Shown here in pieces: positions 18,541-28,442 of a DNA stretch of 64,000 bases. Numbering within the stretch: the stretch's first letter is position 1; every line of letters begins with the position of its first letter. This DNA comes from an uncultured Candidatus Bathyarchaeia archaeon. Lineage in GTDB: Archaea; Thermoproteota; Bathyarchaeia; 40CM-2-53-6; JALHTG01. Under the pieces are notes generated by a model that was given only the letters and a program-made list of their open reading frames with translations, was not told the DNA's origin and did no database searches. The stretch spans positions 33,262 through 97,261 of the forward strand of contig CAZVYD010000001.1 of the NCBI GenBank assembly GCA_964631575.1, given 5' to 3'. Position numbers and translations under genes: made by a program.

Positions 18541-20802
18541 CTAACCCTCCTCCTTCTTGTATTTCGCAGTTAAGATCTCACGGATCCGTTCCGAAATCTT
18601 CTCACCTATACCTTCGACTTCGCCGAGTTCCTCTCTGCTCACCGTAAACACTCTCTCCACGGTTTCAAACCTTCTCAGAAGGCTCCGGGAGCGAACTGCA
18701 TCAATGCTCGGCAGGCTGGCGACTATGAACTCCTGAAGTTCCTCAACGCTAGCTGGCTTGCGTTCAGCTCTGACTCTGGGCTCGCGCCTTTCCTTAATCT
18801 GCTCGCGCCTAGCAATCGAGAACAAAAGCAACGCCGTCTCCTCCGAAGACTTGGTCCAGACAAGAGGTATCAGATAGTCTATCAGAACGCTAGCGACTGC
18901 GCCCATGAGCGCTTCCGAGCTGATCTCCCTTGCAGATGTAGCTCTCTCGCCCTCCACTAGCAAAATGGGAATTTGATACGAATTCTTCATCGCTATCAGC
19001 TGATTGAAGAGACGTCCATCCATTATTGAGTCCACTAGGTCGTCAACAGTCTTCCTCTCTACCGCAACCCTGTCCGACAGAACGAAATCTGAGGTCACCA
19101 AACTCTCCATCTTCACGGAAGCATTGAACTTGGCAAGTTCTCTCATAACTGGGGAGGCGCTCTCTCTCGAGTCGACAATGATCGTCACCCGCGGCTCCTT
19201 ATGCTCTGTGACCTCTTCCTCAAACTCTTCCAATCTTGGCTGTTCCCTTGATACCTTTGTGGAAATCTCAATCTCACGTAAGGCCTGAGCCATTACACGT
19301 TCTTTTCTTCTAGCTATCCAGTAGTACGCTTCATCTCTCGTCCCAACAGCCATCAAGATTGTTGCCTTACCCGGCCCCCTCCTGCCTGTTCTTCCCCTTC
19401 GCTGAATGAACCTGATGGCGCTGGGGACATTGTCATAGAAGATAACCTCGTCGCATTCTGCTATGTCCAAACCTTCCTCACCGATCTGTGTAGCGACTAG
19501 CACATTGTAGGTGCCTTGCTTGAACTGTTCAAGGGCTGCCGCCTGTTCCTTCTGCGAAAGCCCTTTGTCTTCGCCCTTCGTGACTTGGCCAACGAGGCGC
19601 ACTGCTGAAATTCCTTGCCGAGAGTTGAGTATTTCGAGAAGTTTGGTAGCTGTGGCGCGATAGTTTGTGAAAACCATGATTCTTCTTGCGCCCTTATTGA
19701 ATGCCTCCTCACTCTCTTTGATCAGCTCTCCAATCTTTGGATGATCGATTCCCTCTTTCACAGCTGCGTCTATGAGTAGAAGTGATCTCTGAACCTGTTC
19801 GTGTTCCATCATCTTGCTCAACGCAGAGGATGGCCTAGCTTTCAATTTCGCCTTCAACGATTCAATGAACTGTTTGAGAGAAGAGAACCCCTGCGTTTCT
19901 AGCAGTTCTATCGCCTTGACCGCATGAATGCAAGAGTAGAGCCCTGAGGAGACCGTGCGCAACTCATCCCTCGAAACGGCAGCTGATCTTCGCAGCTCGC
20001 GAATACTCTGCCTAGCCTCAAGAATCTCCCTGAGCCTGACTCTATCAGAGGTCGTTTGCGTGAGTATTCCTATCTTCTGAGCAGCCTTGATTTGATCCCG
20101 CAAGAACTCTTGAAAGCCACTGCGCGTATCGTGGAAGATTTGAGGAAGAACTATGCTCTTCCACTCGACCTGAAGCCCTCCGATATACGGTTTCACGTCA
20201 GGGCTAGATGTGGTTCTTGCCTGCACCTGCCTGATGTGGAGGTTCCGACATACCTCCTCTATGGCTTCTCTTGTTGATCCGGGCGAGGCGGTGAGCCCCA
20301 AGATTAGGGAGTTCTCTCTTTGGGCGTACCGTGGACCTATGAACGTGTACGCATAGTCCCCAACAGCTCTATGCGCCTCATCAAAAACAAGTAAAACGAT
20401 CCCGGCTAACTGCAGGCGGCCAGTGATCAGGTCATTCATGAAGACTTGGGGGGTGGAGAAGACAGTCCTCTTCTTCCACAGCTCGACCCGCTGGTCAGGC
20501 GGAGTCACACCAGTTATCGCAGCCATCGAGTCCGAATCGATCGTCAGCATCCTCGCAAGGTTCTTGTGATGTTGCAGAGTAAGTGGACGAGTGGGAGCCA
20601 TGACGACGACTCTTCCTTCCGGGAACTGCAGCAACCTCTCTGCGATCACTAAGGCGGCAACTACAGTCTTTCCCAGCCCTGTTGGAAGACAGACAAGCGT
20701 GTTTGCCTTCAGGCATTCACGTGCGATTCGCTCTTGGTAGCTTCGACTCTCAACCGTACCCTTTCGTATTAGAGGATGCTCCACAAATCTCTGCGCCATC
20801 AA
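18541..20802 (-). CDS. hef: Hef helicase-nuclease (DEAH-box helicase + XPF/ERCC4 nuclease + HhH2)
   Basis: 753 aa; Walker A PTGLGKT, DEAH, ERCC4-domain region and C-terminal tandem HhH. Confidence 0.9.
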   Translation of the reverse strand: MMAQRFVEHPLIRKGTVESRSYQERIARECLKANTLVCLPTGLGKTVVAALVIAERLLQFPEGRVVVMAPTRPLTLQHHKNLARMLTIDSDSMAAITGVTPPDQRVELWKKRTVFSTPQVFMNDLITGRLQLAGIVLLVFDEAHRAVGDYAYTFIGPRYAQRENSLILGLTASPGSTREAIEEVCRNLHIRQVQARTTSSPDVKPYIGGLQVEWKSIVLPQIFHDTRSGFQEFLRDQIKAAQKIGILTQTTSDRVRLREILEARQSIRELRRSAAVSRDELRTVSSGLYSCIHAVKAIELLETQGFSSLKQFIESLKAKLKARPSSALSKMMEHEQVQRSLLLIDAAVKEGIDHPKIGELIKESEEAFNKGARRIMVFTNYRATATKLLEILNSRQGISAVRLVGQVTKGEDKGLSQKEQAAALEQFKQGTYNVLVATQIGEEGLDIAECDEVIFYDNVPSAIRFIQRRGRTGRRGPGKATILMAVGTRDEAYYWIARRKERVMAQALREIEISTKVSREQPRLEEFEEEVTEHKEPRVTIIVDSRESASPVMRELAKFNASVKMESLVTSDFVLSDRVAVERKTVDDLVDSIMDGRLFNQLIAMKNSYQIPILLVEGERATSAREISSEALMGAVASVLIDYLIPLVWTKSSEETALLLFSIARREQIKERREPRVRAERKPASVEELQEFIVASLPSIDAVRSRSLLRRFETVERVFTVSREELGEVEGIGEKISERIREILTAKYKKEEG

Positions 20803-20907
20803 ACTTCGCCCATAGATTCACACAATGGTCCTTAACACGGTGTTGTCGCCCACAATATCCTAACGGGCCAGAGGGCGCAACCACGTGGTCTCAAGCTTTG
20901 GGTCGTC

Positions 20908-21534
20908 CTACTTTTGGAGACCTGCCCTCCTCAGGGCTTGAAGCACCAATTCTAGAACCTCTCTTTTCACAACATCAAGACTCCTATTTGAATCGACTTT
21001 AACAAGCTCGCCTGACTCCGCAAGGCTTAGGTAGATCTCTCGGACCTTTCTCTCCAACTCCACTCTTTCCAACACACTTCTCCATCTCTTCCTCGCGAGC
21101 CCTGTCTCAGCTGGGACATCTAGGTACAATGCTAGGTCTGGTTTGATCGCAAAGCAGTTGACTTGACGTATCCAATCCAGCTTCAAACCTTGCGCCCCTT
21201 GGTAAGCCAGCGAGGAGTAAACGTACCTAGCTGAGATTACGATCTTGTTTGCATTGAGCATGGGAAGCACCTCAAATGTCAGATGATCAAACCTGTCTGC
21301 AGCGAATAACAGCGTCTCGACTTGCGGAGAAACTTTTGCCTCACGAAGAAACTTCTGCTCTATGAATCGTCCTATCTGAAATCTACTTGGCTCACCCGTG
21401 TAGGCCACATCATAATTGAGCCTTCGTAACTCCTCACAGAGCACCTTGGAGTGAACAGTCTTTCCGCATCCATCAATTCCTTCGAGGACTATGAAGAAAC
21501 CCCTTCTGCCGGTCGACAAGGCTCTCACATCCAA
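20908..21534 (-). CDS. tmk: Thymidylate kinase
   Basis: P-loop EGIDGCGKT and a DRF-like motif (AADRFDH). Confidence 0.8.
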   Translation of the reverse strand: MDVRALSTGRRGFFIVLEGIDGCGKTVHSKVLCEELRRLNYDVAYTGEPSRFQIGRFIEQKFLREAKVSPQVETLLFAADRFDHLTFEVLPMLNANKIVISARYVYSSLAYQGAQGLKLDWIRQVNCFAIKPDLALYLDVPAETGLARKRWRSVLERVELERKVREIYLSLAESGELVKVDSNRSLDVVKREVLELVLQALRRAGLQK

Positions 21535-21776
21535 CGATTATGGATCGAAAGTATGTGTACAATTCAGTCGTATTAAAAGGACGAATCCTCTTTAGTGCGA
21601 GCGGTCAACAGCACGATATGCCACGGAACTAGCTGTAGCGCAGCATAACGATTTGTCATAGGTCCAACTCCAGACCAGAAGCAATATTATGCTGATCCAG
21701 CAAGGCTAGATTCGGGAAACCTTTCAGAATGCGTTTCGTCCCACCTCCTTACTGTAAGAGTTGAGGAAGAGTAAGA

Positions 21777-23066
21777 ATGGCTGAGTATGGAACCCAATCT
21801 GCCTTCTGGGGATTCATAAAAGATCCCCTCTACGGTTACATCCGGCTGAAAGAATCCGAGAAGAACATACTAGATACGAAGGCTGTTCAGAGGCTTCGCA
21901 GAATCAAGCAGCTCAGCGGATCAGAATATGTCTATCCTGCTGCCAACCATACTCGGTTCGAGCATTCCTTAGGAGCCTTTCATCTTGCTGGAACATTAGC
22001 GTCTAGCCTGCCCGTGAAGCTGAAGTCTGAAGACGTGACGAAGCTGAAGATAGCTGCCTTACTGCACGATGTTGGACATGGGCCTTTCTCTCACTTACTT
22101 GAACCTACGATGAGACAGGTTCTAGGGAAGACGCATGAAGACTTGGGTACGTGGATAATCACGAAATCGAATCTCTCCGACACTTTGCGGAAAGAGGGAA
22201 TAGACCCCAATGAGATGGGAAAGCTTGCAATCGGCAAGCTGACTGATGACGAGAGGCGGTTCATGAATCAAGTAATTCGAAGTTCAGTGGACGTAGACAA
22301 GATGGACTTCGTTGTCAGAGACTCATATCACACGGGTGCAGGATATGGGACAGTAGACATCTTTCGTCTCATCTACACCATGGACGTACTGGACGGAGAT
22401 CTGGCAGTGAACTCGACAGCAATTCCGACACTGGAAACTTTCCTACTCGGTCGACTCGAATCCTTCAGAGCAATATACTTTCACCGTGCATCAAGAGCAG
22501 CACAGATAATGATACAGAAAGCACTGGAGATGGCGGAACCGGACCTGAAGCTCTTATCCTTCCGGACTCCGGATGAGTACCTTGCCCTAGACGACTACTC
22601 TGTGTGGTCTCAACTGAAGGCCTGTCACAAATCGAGGGCACTCATTGAAGATGTTGAGAGTCGGAGACTGATCAAGTGCTCCTATGAGAAGACTCTCTTC
22701 GCAAAGAATGAACTTGTTTCCAGTGTCTTCACTAATGAGGCTGTAAGGAAACAGATGGAGCAGGAGATAGCACGTAAGGCGAAAGTGGATCCCGAACAGG
22801 TGTGGATCGATGTTCCGTCCCTGCCTTCGGTACCCTACCACTACGCTATGGAAATAGAACCAATGGATATTCCGGTCTTCCAAGAAACGAGGGAAGGAAA
22901 GAAGGTGCGTGTCAGTGTGACTGAGCTTTCTCAAGTAATAGGGGTCATGAGGGTCTTCATGAACATAATCCGGGTCTACACAATCCAGAAACATCGAGAC
23001 ACGGTAATGAAGGCTTCTGAAGACATTTTGGGGAAGCCATCGCTCTCTTCACAAGTATCCTACTGA
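21777..23066 (+). CDS. HD-domain dNTP triphosphohydrolase-like protein (SAMHD1/dGTPase-like)
   Basis: 429 aa; RFEHSLGA...HDVGHGPFSH HD motif and D...D downstream. Confidence 0.75.
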   Translation: MAEYGTQSAFWGFIKDPLYGYIRLKESEKNILDTKAVQRLRRIKQLSGSEYVYPAANHTRFEHSLGAFHLAGTLASSLPVKLKSEDVTKLKIAALLHDVGHGPFSHLLEPTMRQVLGKTHEDLGTWIITKSNLSDTLRKEGIDPNEMGKLAIGKLTDDERRFMNQVIRSSVDVDKMDFVVRDSYHTGAGYGTVDIFRLIYTMDVLDGDLAVNSTAIPTLETFLLGRLESFRAIYFHRASRAAQIMIQKALEMAEPDLKLLSFRTPDEYLALDDYSVWSQLKACHKSRALIEDVESRRLIKCSYEKTLFAKNELVSSVFTNEAVRKQMEQEIARKAKVDPEQVWIDVPSLPSVPYHYAMEIEPMDIPVFQETREGKKVRVSVTELSQVIGVMRVFMNIIRVYTIQKHRDTVMKASEDILGKPSLSSQVSY

Positions 23067-23407
23067 CTCTGATTTCTCTGCTTTCGAGCAAGATCATCCA
23101 AGAGGGCAGCGGCAATTCTAATTCCTTCAGGCTCTGATATTTCTACGTTCACGGAGGCAAGGCTCATCTTCTTGAAGGAACCTGCAACCCTCTCAGCCAA
23201 GGCCCTCGCCGATAAGAGGTACTTTCCTCCAAGTAGCACGGAGGAGGTGGTGACCTGGCTGTCTCCCGGCCCTGGTAGCGCGATGGCAAGAGTTCCAAGC
23301 TTCATGTTGTCCTCGTAGAAGAAAGCTAGGAGAGCATTGCTAAGCTCAAGTATGCTAAGACGGAAAATCTTACCCTCCCTCTCCATGCTTGCCTCTTTGA
23401 ACGACAT
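23060..23407 (-). CDS. Hypothetical protein
   Basis: 115 aa ORF between the HD-domain gene and clp1; no motif recognised. Confidence 0.3.
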   Translation of the reverse strand: MSFKEASMEREGKIFRLSILELSNALLAFFYEDNMKLGTLAIALPGPGDSQVTTSSVLLGGKYLLSARALAERVAGSFKKMSLASVNVEISEPEGIRIAAALLDDLARKQRNQSQ

Positions 23408-23481
23408 CGCAACTCACGGAACTTGCTTTCAGATCAGTATTTGAACAGAGGTGGACCCAGCATCTGTTACGTCGCTTTCTT

Positions 23482-24588
23482 CTAGTGGTCTGGCTCTGCT
23501 AGACATGGAACTTCCTTCCCATCCTCGTTCAGTTTGACTGCGCCAAACTCAATCGTGCTTATCGGCCTTCTGAAGGAAGTATGAATCCTAAGGATTCCTT
23601 CTCTCTGCTCCACTCCCATCAATATCCCTATGCCGAGAAGGAGATCGTTGTCGTTCAAGAAACCCACTACTGAATGAAGCTTCTGAGTAGCAGCCAAGAG
23701 CCTGCCATTTCTGACCTCAGCCCCCCTCAACTTGACCTTGTCAAAATTGATTTGTCGGATAACCGCGTCGGCCAGATATTTCCTGTAGGAAAGTTCTCTC
23801 AGTCTCCGTCTCTCATCTCGAGTTCTTTTCCTCACAGCTGTTGGAGATTGAACCTTTATCACAGTGCTTCTTATCGCCTTAATCACAGGGTCAGCCTCAC
23901 CGTCAGATTGGATCACCGCCACCAAGTCAGGGGAGATCTCATTGATCATTCTGGCTTTGAAGGCGCAAGCCTCGTCGTCCATGATCCATCCATCTGTGTT
24001 TATGATAGTGGGGCCATGATCTGTCGAGCATAGTTCCATGAGCTTCTTTATGCCCAGAATGACCTTGTCCGTGGCAGGAGCCGGACTAGTGTGCCCCACG
24101 AAAAACATTGAAACTGGATCGAGATCCGCCAGAGAGAGAAGGTATCCGTCGGTGACCCCAAGCCCGATAGTTGTTGGAGGGCCAATATCAGACTGCCCAA
24201 CGTCTGCGTCAATCACCGAGATGTTCTGGTATTCGTTCAGCAGTATGTTGCTGAGATATGTGCACAGAGTGCTCTTTCCTGAGTCTATATCTCCTATTGC
24301 AAGTATCTTCGGGCAAGACATTTCCAAGGCTGCTTCGGCAAAGCTCTTCCACGAGCCAGGTATCGTGGTGCCCTCAATTTCCGTTAAACAAGCAGCATTC
24401 CCAAGCGAAGTCTGAATGACACTATCCGTGACTGCTTCAACTGGTATTTGCTTCTCCTCTCTTACCAGTAACTTTTCATCTCTCTCAACAGGGGCACCTA
24501 GAACCGTTGCCTCCCCCTCAATCAGTCTAAGTGACGCTGGGCCGGAAACCAGCAGAGTTCTTCCGGCAACCAAGGTCGTATTTCCCAA
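23482..24588 (-). CDS. Polynucleotide 5'-hydroxyl kinase, Clp1/Grc3 family
   Basis: Walker A GDIDSGKSTL within an N-domain/P-loop/C-domain layout like archaeal Clp1. Confidence 0.65.
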   Translation of the reverse strand: MGNTTLVAGRTLLVSGPASLRLIEGEATVLGAPVERDEKLLVREEKQIPVEAVTDSVIQTSLGNAACLTEIEGTTIPGSWKSFAEAALEMSCPKILAIGDIDSGKSTLCTYLSNILLNEYQNISVIDADVGQSDIGPPTTIGLGVTDGYLLSLADLDPVSMFFVGHTSPAPATDKVILGIKKLMELCSTDHGPTIINTDGWIMDDEACAFKARMINEISPDLVAVIQSDGEADPVIKAIRSTVIKVQSPTAVRKRTRDERRRLRELSYRKYLADAVIRQINFDKVKLRGAEVRNGRLLAATQKLHSVVGFLNDNDLLLGIGILMGVEQREGILRIHTSFRRPISTIEFGAVKLNEDGKEVPCLAEPDH

Positions 24589-24603
24589 TGGTGCGCCTCG
24601 TCC

Positions 24604-25377
24604 ATGAACGCTCCTTACACATTTAAGCTAATCTCAGAAGCAAGATATGGCCAAGGCAAAGCTGGAACGCACTTGGAGTTTCGACCGGACACAGTGTCAA
24701 CGGGATGTTCGCCTCTCGACACCATGCTCCATGGAGGGTTTTCCTTCTCCGAAGTTAGCCTAGTGTACGGAGAGGCTTCGACTGGAAAGACGACTTTGAC
24801 AATTCAATGTGCAGTTGAATGTGCAAAGAAAGGCCTTAAAGTATTGTATGTTGATGCAGATAGATCGTTTTCTCAGAATCGGTTTGCCCAGCTAGCAGGT
24901 GACCAACTGGATAGGATTGCGGCTAACATTGTCCTGTTCGTGCCCGAAACCTTTTCGGAACAGACATCTCTCGTTGAAAGAATGGAAAGTTATGTTACAG
25001 GAAGTACGGGAATGATAGTCGTGGATACCGTAACGTCGCTCTATCGCTCATCACTGGGCTCGATGGAAAAAGTGTTCGCCCAGAACAGGGAACTGAATAG
25101 GCAACTGGCATACCTAGCGGAGCTGGCAGCCGTTAGACATGTCGCCATACTCCTTACAAGCCAAGTGCATGGCCTTCCTTTTCGCGTGGGGCATCAGATC
25201 GAACCTGTCGCCAGACGTATACTTACGTACTGGTCCGGGGCCATACTGAGGCTCGTTTCGACGGCAGACCCGGGAGTCAAGACAGCTATGCTTGAACGCC
25301 ACTCGTCGCCTAACGTTCCGCTCACATCCTGTCTCCTCAGAATTACAGAGAAAGGTCTGGAGGGGGTTGAACCGTAA
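24604..25377 (+). CDS. radB: RadB-like RecA-superfamily ATPase
   Basis: VSTGCSPLDTMLHGGF then Walker A GEASTGKTTL. An alternative TTG start at 24673 would leave room for divergent promoters. Confidence 0.7.
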   Translation: MNAPYTFKLISEARYGQGKAGTHLEFRPDTVSTGCSPLDTMLHGGFSFSEVSLVYGEASTGKTTLTIQCAVECAKKGLKVLYVDADRSFSQNRFAQLAGDQLDRIAANIVLFVPETFSEQTSLVERMESYVTGSTGMIVVDTVTSLYRSSLGSMEKVFAQNRELNRQLAYLAELAAVRHVAILLTSQVHGLPFRVGHQIEPVARRILTYWSGAILRLVSTADPGVKTAMLERHSSPNVPLTSCLLRITEKGLEGVEP

Positions 25378-25406
25378 GTCCGCTTCGCCACGCTGAAACG
25401 CTTAGT

Positions 25407-25928
25407 ATGGAGCCATACTCTTTGGAATTGGTCGTAACATTGAGCGATGCGATCTCAGCTCTCCTTTTCATTCTTCCCTCTTACGCAGCCAACTCCGTTC
25501 CCGCGATATTTGGGAGAGGAACCCCGATTGATCTTGGGAGGCGCTTTATTGATGGCGAGAGAATCTTTGGTTCTCATAAGACGATTAGAGGATTCTTAAG
25601 CGGCCTCATCGCTGGTTTCTTGGTTTCTGCTGGTATAGGTGCCGTTATTTCGATTGAACTTCTACTGTTTGGTATTCTAATCTCCATGGGTGCGTTGGGC
25701 GGTGATTTAGTCGGGGCATTCATCAAGAGGCGCATGAAGTTTCCTCCGGGATATCCATTGCCATTGTTGGATCAACTTGACTTCGTACTCGGCGGAATCC
25801 TGATTCTATACCCGTTCTACAGACTGAGTCGAGGAGCAATCTTCCTGATCCTTCTTGTAACTCCTGCAATTCACCTACTTGCGAACATGATAGCCTATCT
25901 TCTAAAAATCAAGAAGAACTTCTGGTAG
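25407..25928 (+). CDS. carS: CDP-archaeol synthase
   Basis: 173 aa polytopic membrane protein with the DUF46/CarS pattern (PIDLGRRFIDGERIFGSHKTIRGF). Confidence 0.75.
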   Translation: MEPYSLELVVTLSDAISALLFILPSYAANSVPAIFGRGTPIDLGRRFIDGERIFGSHKTIRGFLSGLIAGFLVSAGIGAVISIELLLFGILISMGALGGDLVGAFIKRRMKFPPGYPLPLLDQLDFVLGGILILYPFYRLSRGAIFLILLVTPAIHLLANMIAYLLKIKKNFW

Positions 25929-25937
25929 AAAATCCGA

Positions 25938-26285
25938 CTAGTAGCCTATCTTTGATGACAGGAACGAAGTGCAGTAATATACAGCGATGAGCGTTATCAT
26001 GAGGCCGAGGAGGAGCATAAGATACGCCTGTCTTGGATTGTAGACTAGGCGCGTGCTTCTGAGCAGAAGGTAAAGGCCCAGTACTCCAAGAAAATACAGT
26101 AGGCCGGCCAGTATACTCTCGTTCAGAGTCTGAAGGTGGATACTGCCTCTGTAGACGAAGGTCCATCCTGATCCTTTTGGCAACAACGCAAGAGGCTTCT
26201 CCAAGATGTCAAAGACTCCGCCTGCCAAGACGAAGATCGCGAAAACCATCGTCGCAGCGACCAGTAGAGTCGTAGATGGCTTCAT
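25938..26285 (-). CDS. Small polytopic membrane protein (hypothetical)
   Basis: Three predicted TM helices from MKPSTTLLVAATMVFAIFVLAGG. The ORF track extends to 26441 through a basic, non-membrane leader. Confidence 0.3.
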   Translation of the reverse strand: MKPSTTLLVAATMVFAIFVLAGGVFDILEKPLALLPKGSGWTFVYRGSIHLQTLNESILAGLLYFLGVLGLYLLLRSTRLVYNPRQAYLMLLLGLMITLIAVYYCTSFLSSKIGY

Positions 26286-26575
26286 GGCCCTAGCTCGCGG
26301 GATTCCTGCCCCCTGGAACCTATAGCCCAGATTGACGAAGAATCTCTTGACCCTCCACGAAACCTTGCCAATCCTAGCCTTCAACACTTGCCATCCGCAG
26401 CCAAATCGCCCAGAGACTAAGGACATCGCAAACTTAAGCATATCTCACAATCCTGCTTCAATGTGGATGGTCATCGCCTTCGAAAGAACTGAGCGCTCTG
26501 AATTCATAGACAATCAAAACAAGGTTAAAATAAGTTGTTGCTTTCCGTATAGCGCTCGGACACCGTGAACAGCGT

Positions 26576-26761
26576 ATGCCTCAAAAGATTCTATGCACAG
26601 GATGCAGCACAGTTCTCTACGATGGCTTCGACCTTGAATCGCCTCTTGAGATTATTCAGAGGAACAACGGCACATGTCCCAAGTGTGGACGTAAGCTTGG
26701 CTTCGACCCAGATGCCATCAAGATCATACCTATCAACGAAGATAGGAGTCAAACGCGATAG
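26576..26761 (+). CDS. Small zinc-ribbon protein (CxxC...CxxC)
   Basis: 61 aa: CTGCSTVLY...CPKCGRKL. Confidence 0.35.
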   Translation: MPQKILCTGCSTVLYDGFDLESPLEIIQRNNGTCPKCGRKLGFDPDAIKIIPINEDRSQTR

Positions 26762-26830
26762 GGTCCACGTATTTCATGTCCCTAGCAATCAACATGAATT
26801 CTCACACGAGTGTCTCGGAGGTAGTTGTAG

Positions 26831-27958
26831 ATGTCCCGTAGAACCCACCTATACGACTTTCATGCTCGGAACGGCCGCATAGTCGAATTCGCGGGATTCG
26901 GGATGCCTCTCTGGTACGAGGGCGTCGTTCCAGAGTGTAAAGCGGTCAGAAACGGTGCTGGAATTTTCGACACCTCTCACATGGGTAGAGTCCTGATATC
27001 GGGAGAGGACTCAACATCCTATCTGAACTATGTCACAACGAATGATGTTACAGCATTGGGGGTAGGTCGGGGCCACTTGTCGGTGATGTGCAACGAGAAA
27101 GGCGGCATTATCGATGACTTCGTCATCAGCAGACTTGCAGAGAAAGAGTACCTCGTGGTTCCCAACGCGGGAAACCGTGAAAAGGATCTCTCTTGGCTGA
27201 GAAAGCAGGCTGAGAAGTTCAGCGTTGAGATATGCGATGTCTCCGACGAGGTTTCTATGTTCGCAGTCCAAGGCCCAAACGCTCAAAAGATCCTCCAAGA
27301 GACCGGCAGAGAAGATCTCTCCCTCATCCCTCGATTTGGCGGAAGAAACGTAGACCTTGACGGTATCAAGGCAACTATCACCAGGACAGGGTACACTGGA
27401 GAGGACGGATTTGAAGTATTCACATGGGATTCTCCATTGGAGCAACCCTCAAAGGCAATTGCGGTGTGGAACGCAATACTCGATCACGGCAAAGTTTTCA
27501 ACATACAACCATGTGGACTAGGGGCGCGTGATGTCTTGCGATTGGAAGCAGGAATGTGTCTTTACGGCAATGACATAAGCGAATCGATAACCCCGCTCCA
27601 AGCGAGATTAGGGTTCGTGGTCAAGCTTACCAAGAACGAGTTCATAGGACGCGACTCCTTGGCTAAAGAGAAAGCTGAAGGCGCAAAGAAGGTCAGAGTG
27701 GGACTCAAAATGCTTGAGGCCGGGATTCCTAGGGCCGAGTGCGACATTTTGAAGGATTCCCAAGTTATCGGAAAGGTGACCAGCGGAACCTTCTCGCCCA
27801 CGATAAATCAAGGAATCGCCATGGGATATGTTCCAAGAGAACACTCGAAGGCCGGCGAGAAGGTGGAGATTAGAGTTCGCGCCAAGAACTTGCAAGCAGT
27901 GATCACGAGCTTTCCTTTCTACGACACATCGAAGTACGGATGGCAGCGAACTACGTGA
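26831..27958 (+). CDS. gcvT: Glycine cleavage system T protein (aminomethyltransferase)
   Basis: Full-length GcvT-like N-terminus (LYDFHARNGRIVEFAGFGMPLWY...) and layout. Confidence 0.9.
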   Translation: MSRRTHLYDFHARNGRIVEFAGFGMPLWYEGVVPECKAVRNGAGIFDTSHMGRVLISGEDSTSYLNYVTTNDVTALGVGRGHLSVMCNEKGGIIDDFVISRLAEKEYLVVPNAGNREKDLSWLRKQAEKFSVEICDVSDEVSMFAVQGPNAQKILQETGREDLSLIPRFGGRNVDLDGIKATITRTGYTGEDGFEVFTWDSPLEQPSKAIAVWNAILDHGKVFNIQPCGLGARDVLRLEAGMCLYGNDISESITPLQARLGFVVKLTKNEFIGRDSLAKEKAEGAKKVRVGLKMLEAGIPRAECDILKDSQVIGKVTSGTFSPTINQGIAMGYVPREHSKAGEKVEIRVRAKNLQAVITSFPFYDTSKYGWQRTT

Positions 27959-28033
27959 TAATCGGAGCCGGACAGGTGTCGAATCAGTAATATACTACGT
28001 AAGAGTTTCTACTGAAAGTTTGAGGAGCAGACT

Positions 28034-28441
28034 TTGAAAGTAAACGACTGCGAAGTCTCCGAAGAGCTATACTACACGAAAGAACATGAATGGGTCAAAT
28101 TGGAGGGGAACAACTGTAGAATCGGAGTCAGCGATTACGCCCAGAAATCCCTTCATGAGGTTGTATTTGTAGATCTTCCCAAAGTTGGCTCCAAGATCAC
28201 CCGCTCCCAACCGTTAGGCTCAGTTGAATCAGTCAAGGCAGTGGCCGACGTGTTCACTCCAATATCAGGCGAGGTCACAGAAGTTAACGCGAAGCTGGCA
28301 GATACCCCCGAACTTGTGAACCAGCAGCCCTACGGTAGCGGCTGGATTGCCATCATCAAACCGTCCAACCTTGAGGCAGAACTTAGGAGCCTGCTCGACG
28401 CGAAGGGCTATGCAGCCTTTCTGAAAACGCAGGCAAAGTAA
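28034..28441 (+). CDS. gcvH: Glycine cleavage system H protein (lipoyl carrier)
   Basis: YTKEHEWVK...ESVKAV lipoyl-lysine motif. Confidence 0.9.
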   Translation: MKVNDCEVSEELYYTKEHEWVKLEGNNCRIGVSDYAQKSLHEVVFVDLPKVGSKITRSQPLGSVESVKAVADVFTPISGEVTEVNAKLADTPELVNQQPYGSGWIAIIKPSNLEAELRSLLDAKGYAAFLKTQAK

Positions 28442-28442
28442 C

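Noticed and set aside
26565-26882. 105 aa ORF overlapping the gcvT start
   Set aside because: Runs 50 nt into gcvT in another frame; the 61 aa zinc-ribbon ORF in the same interval is more plausible.
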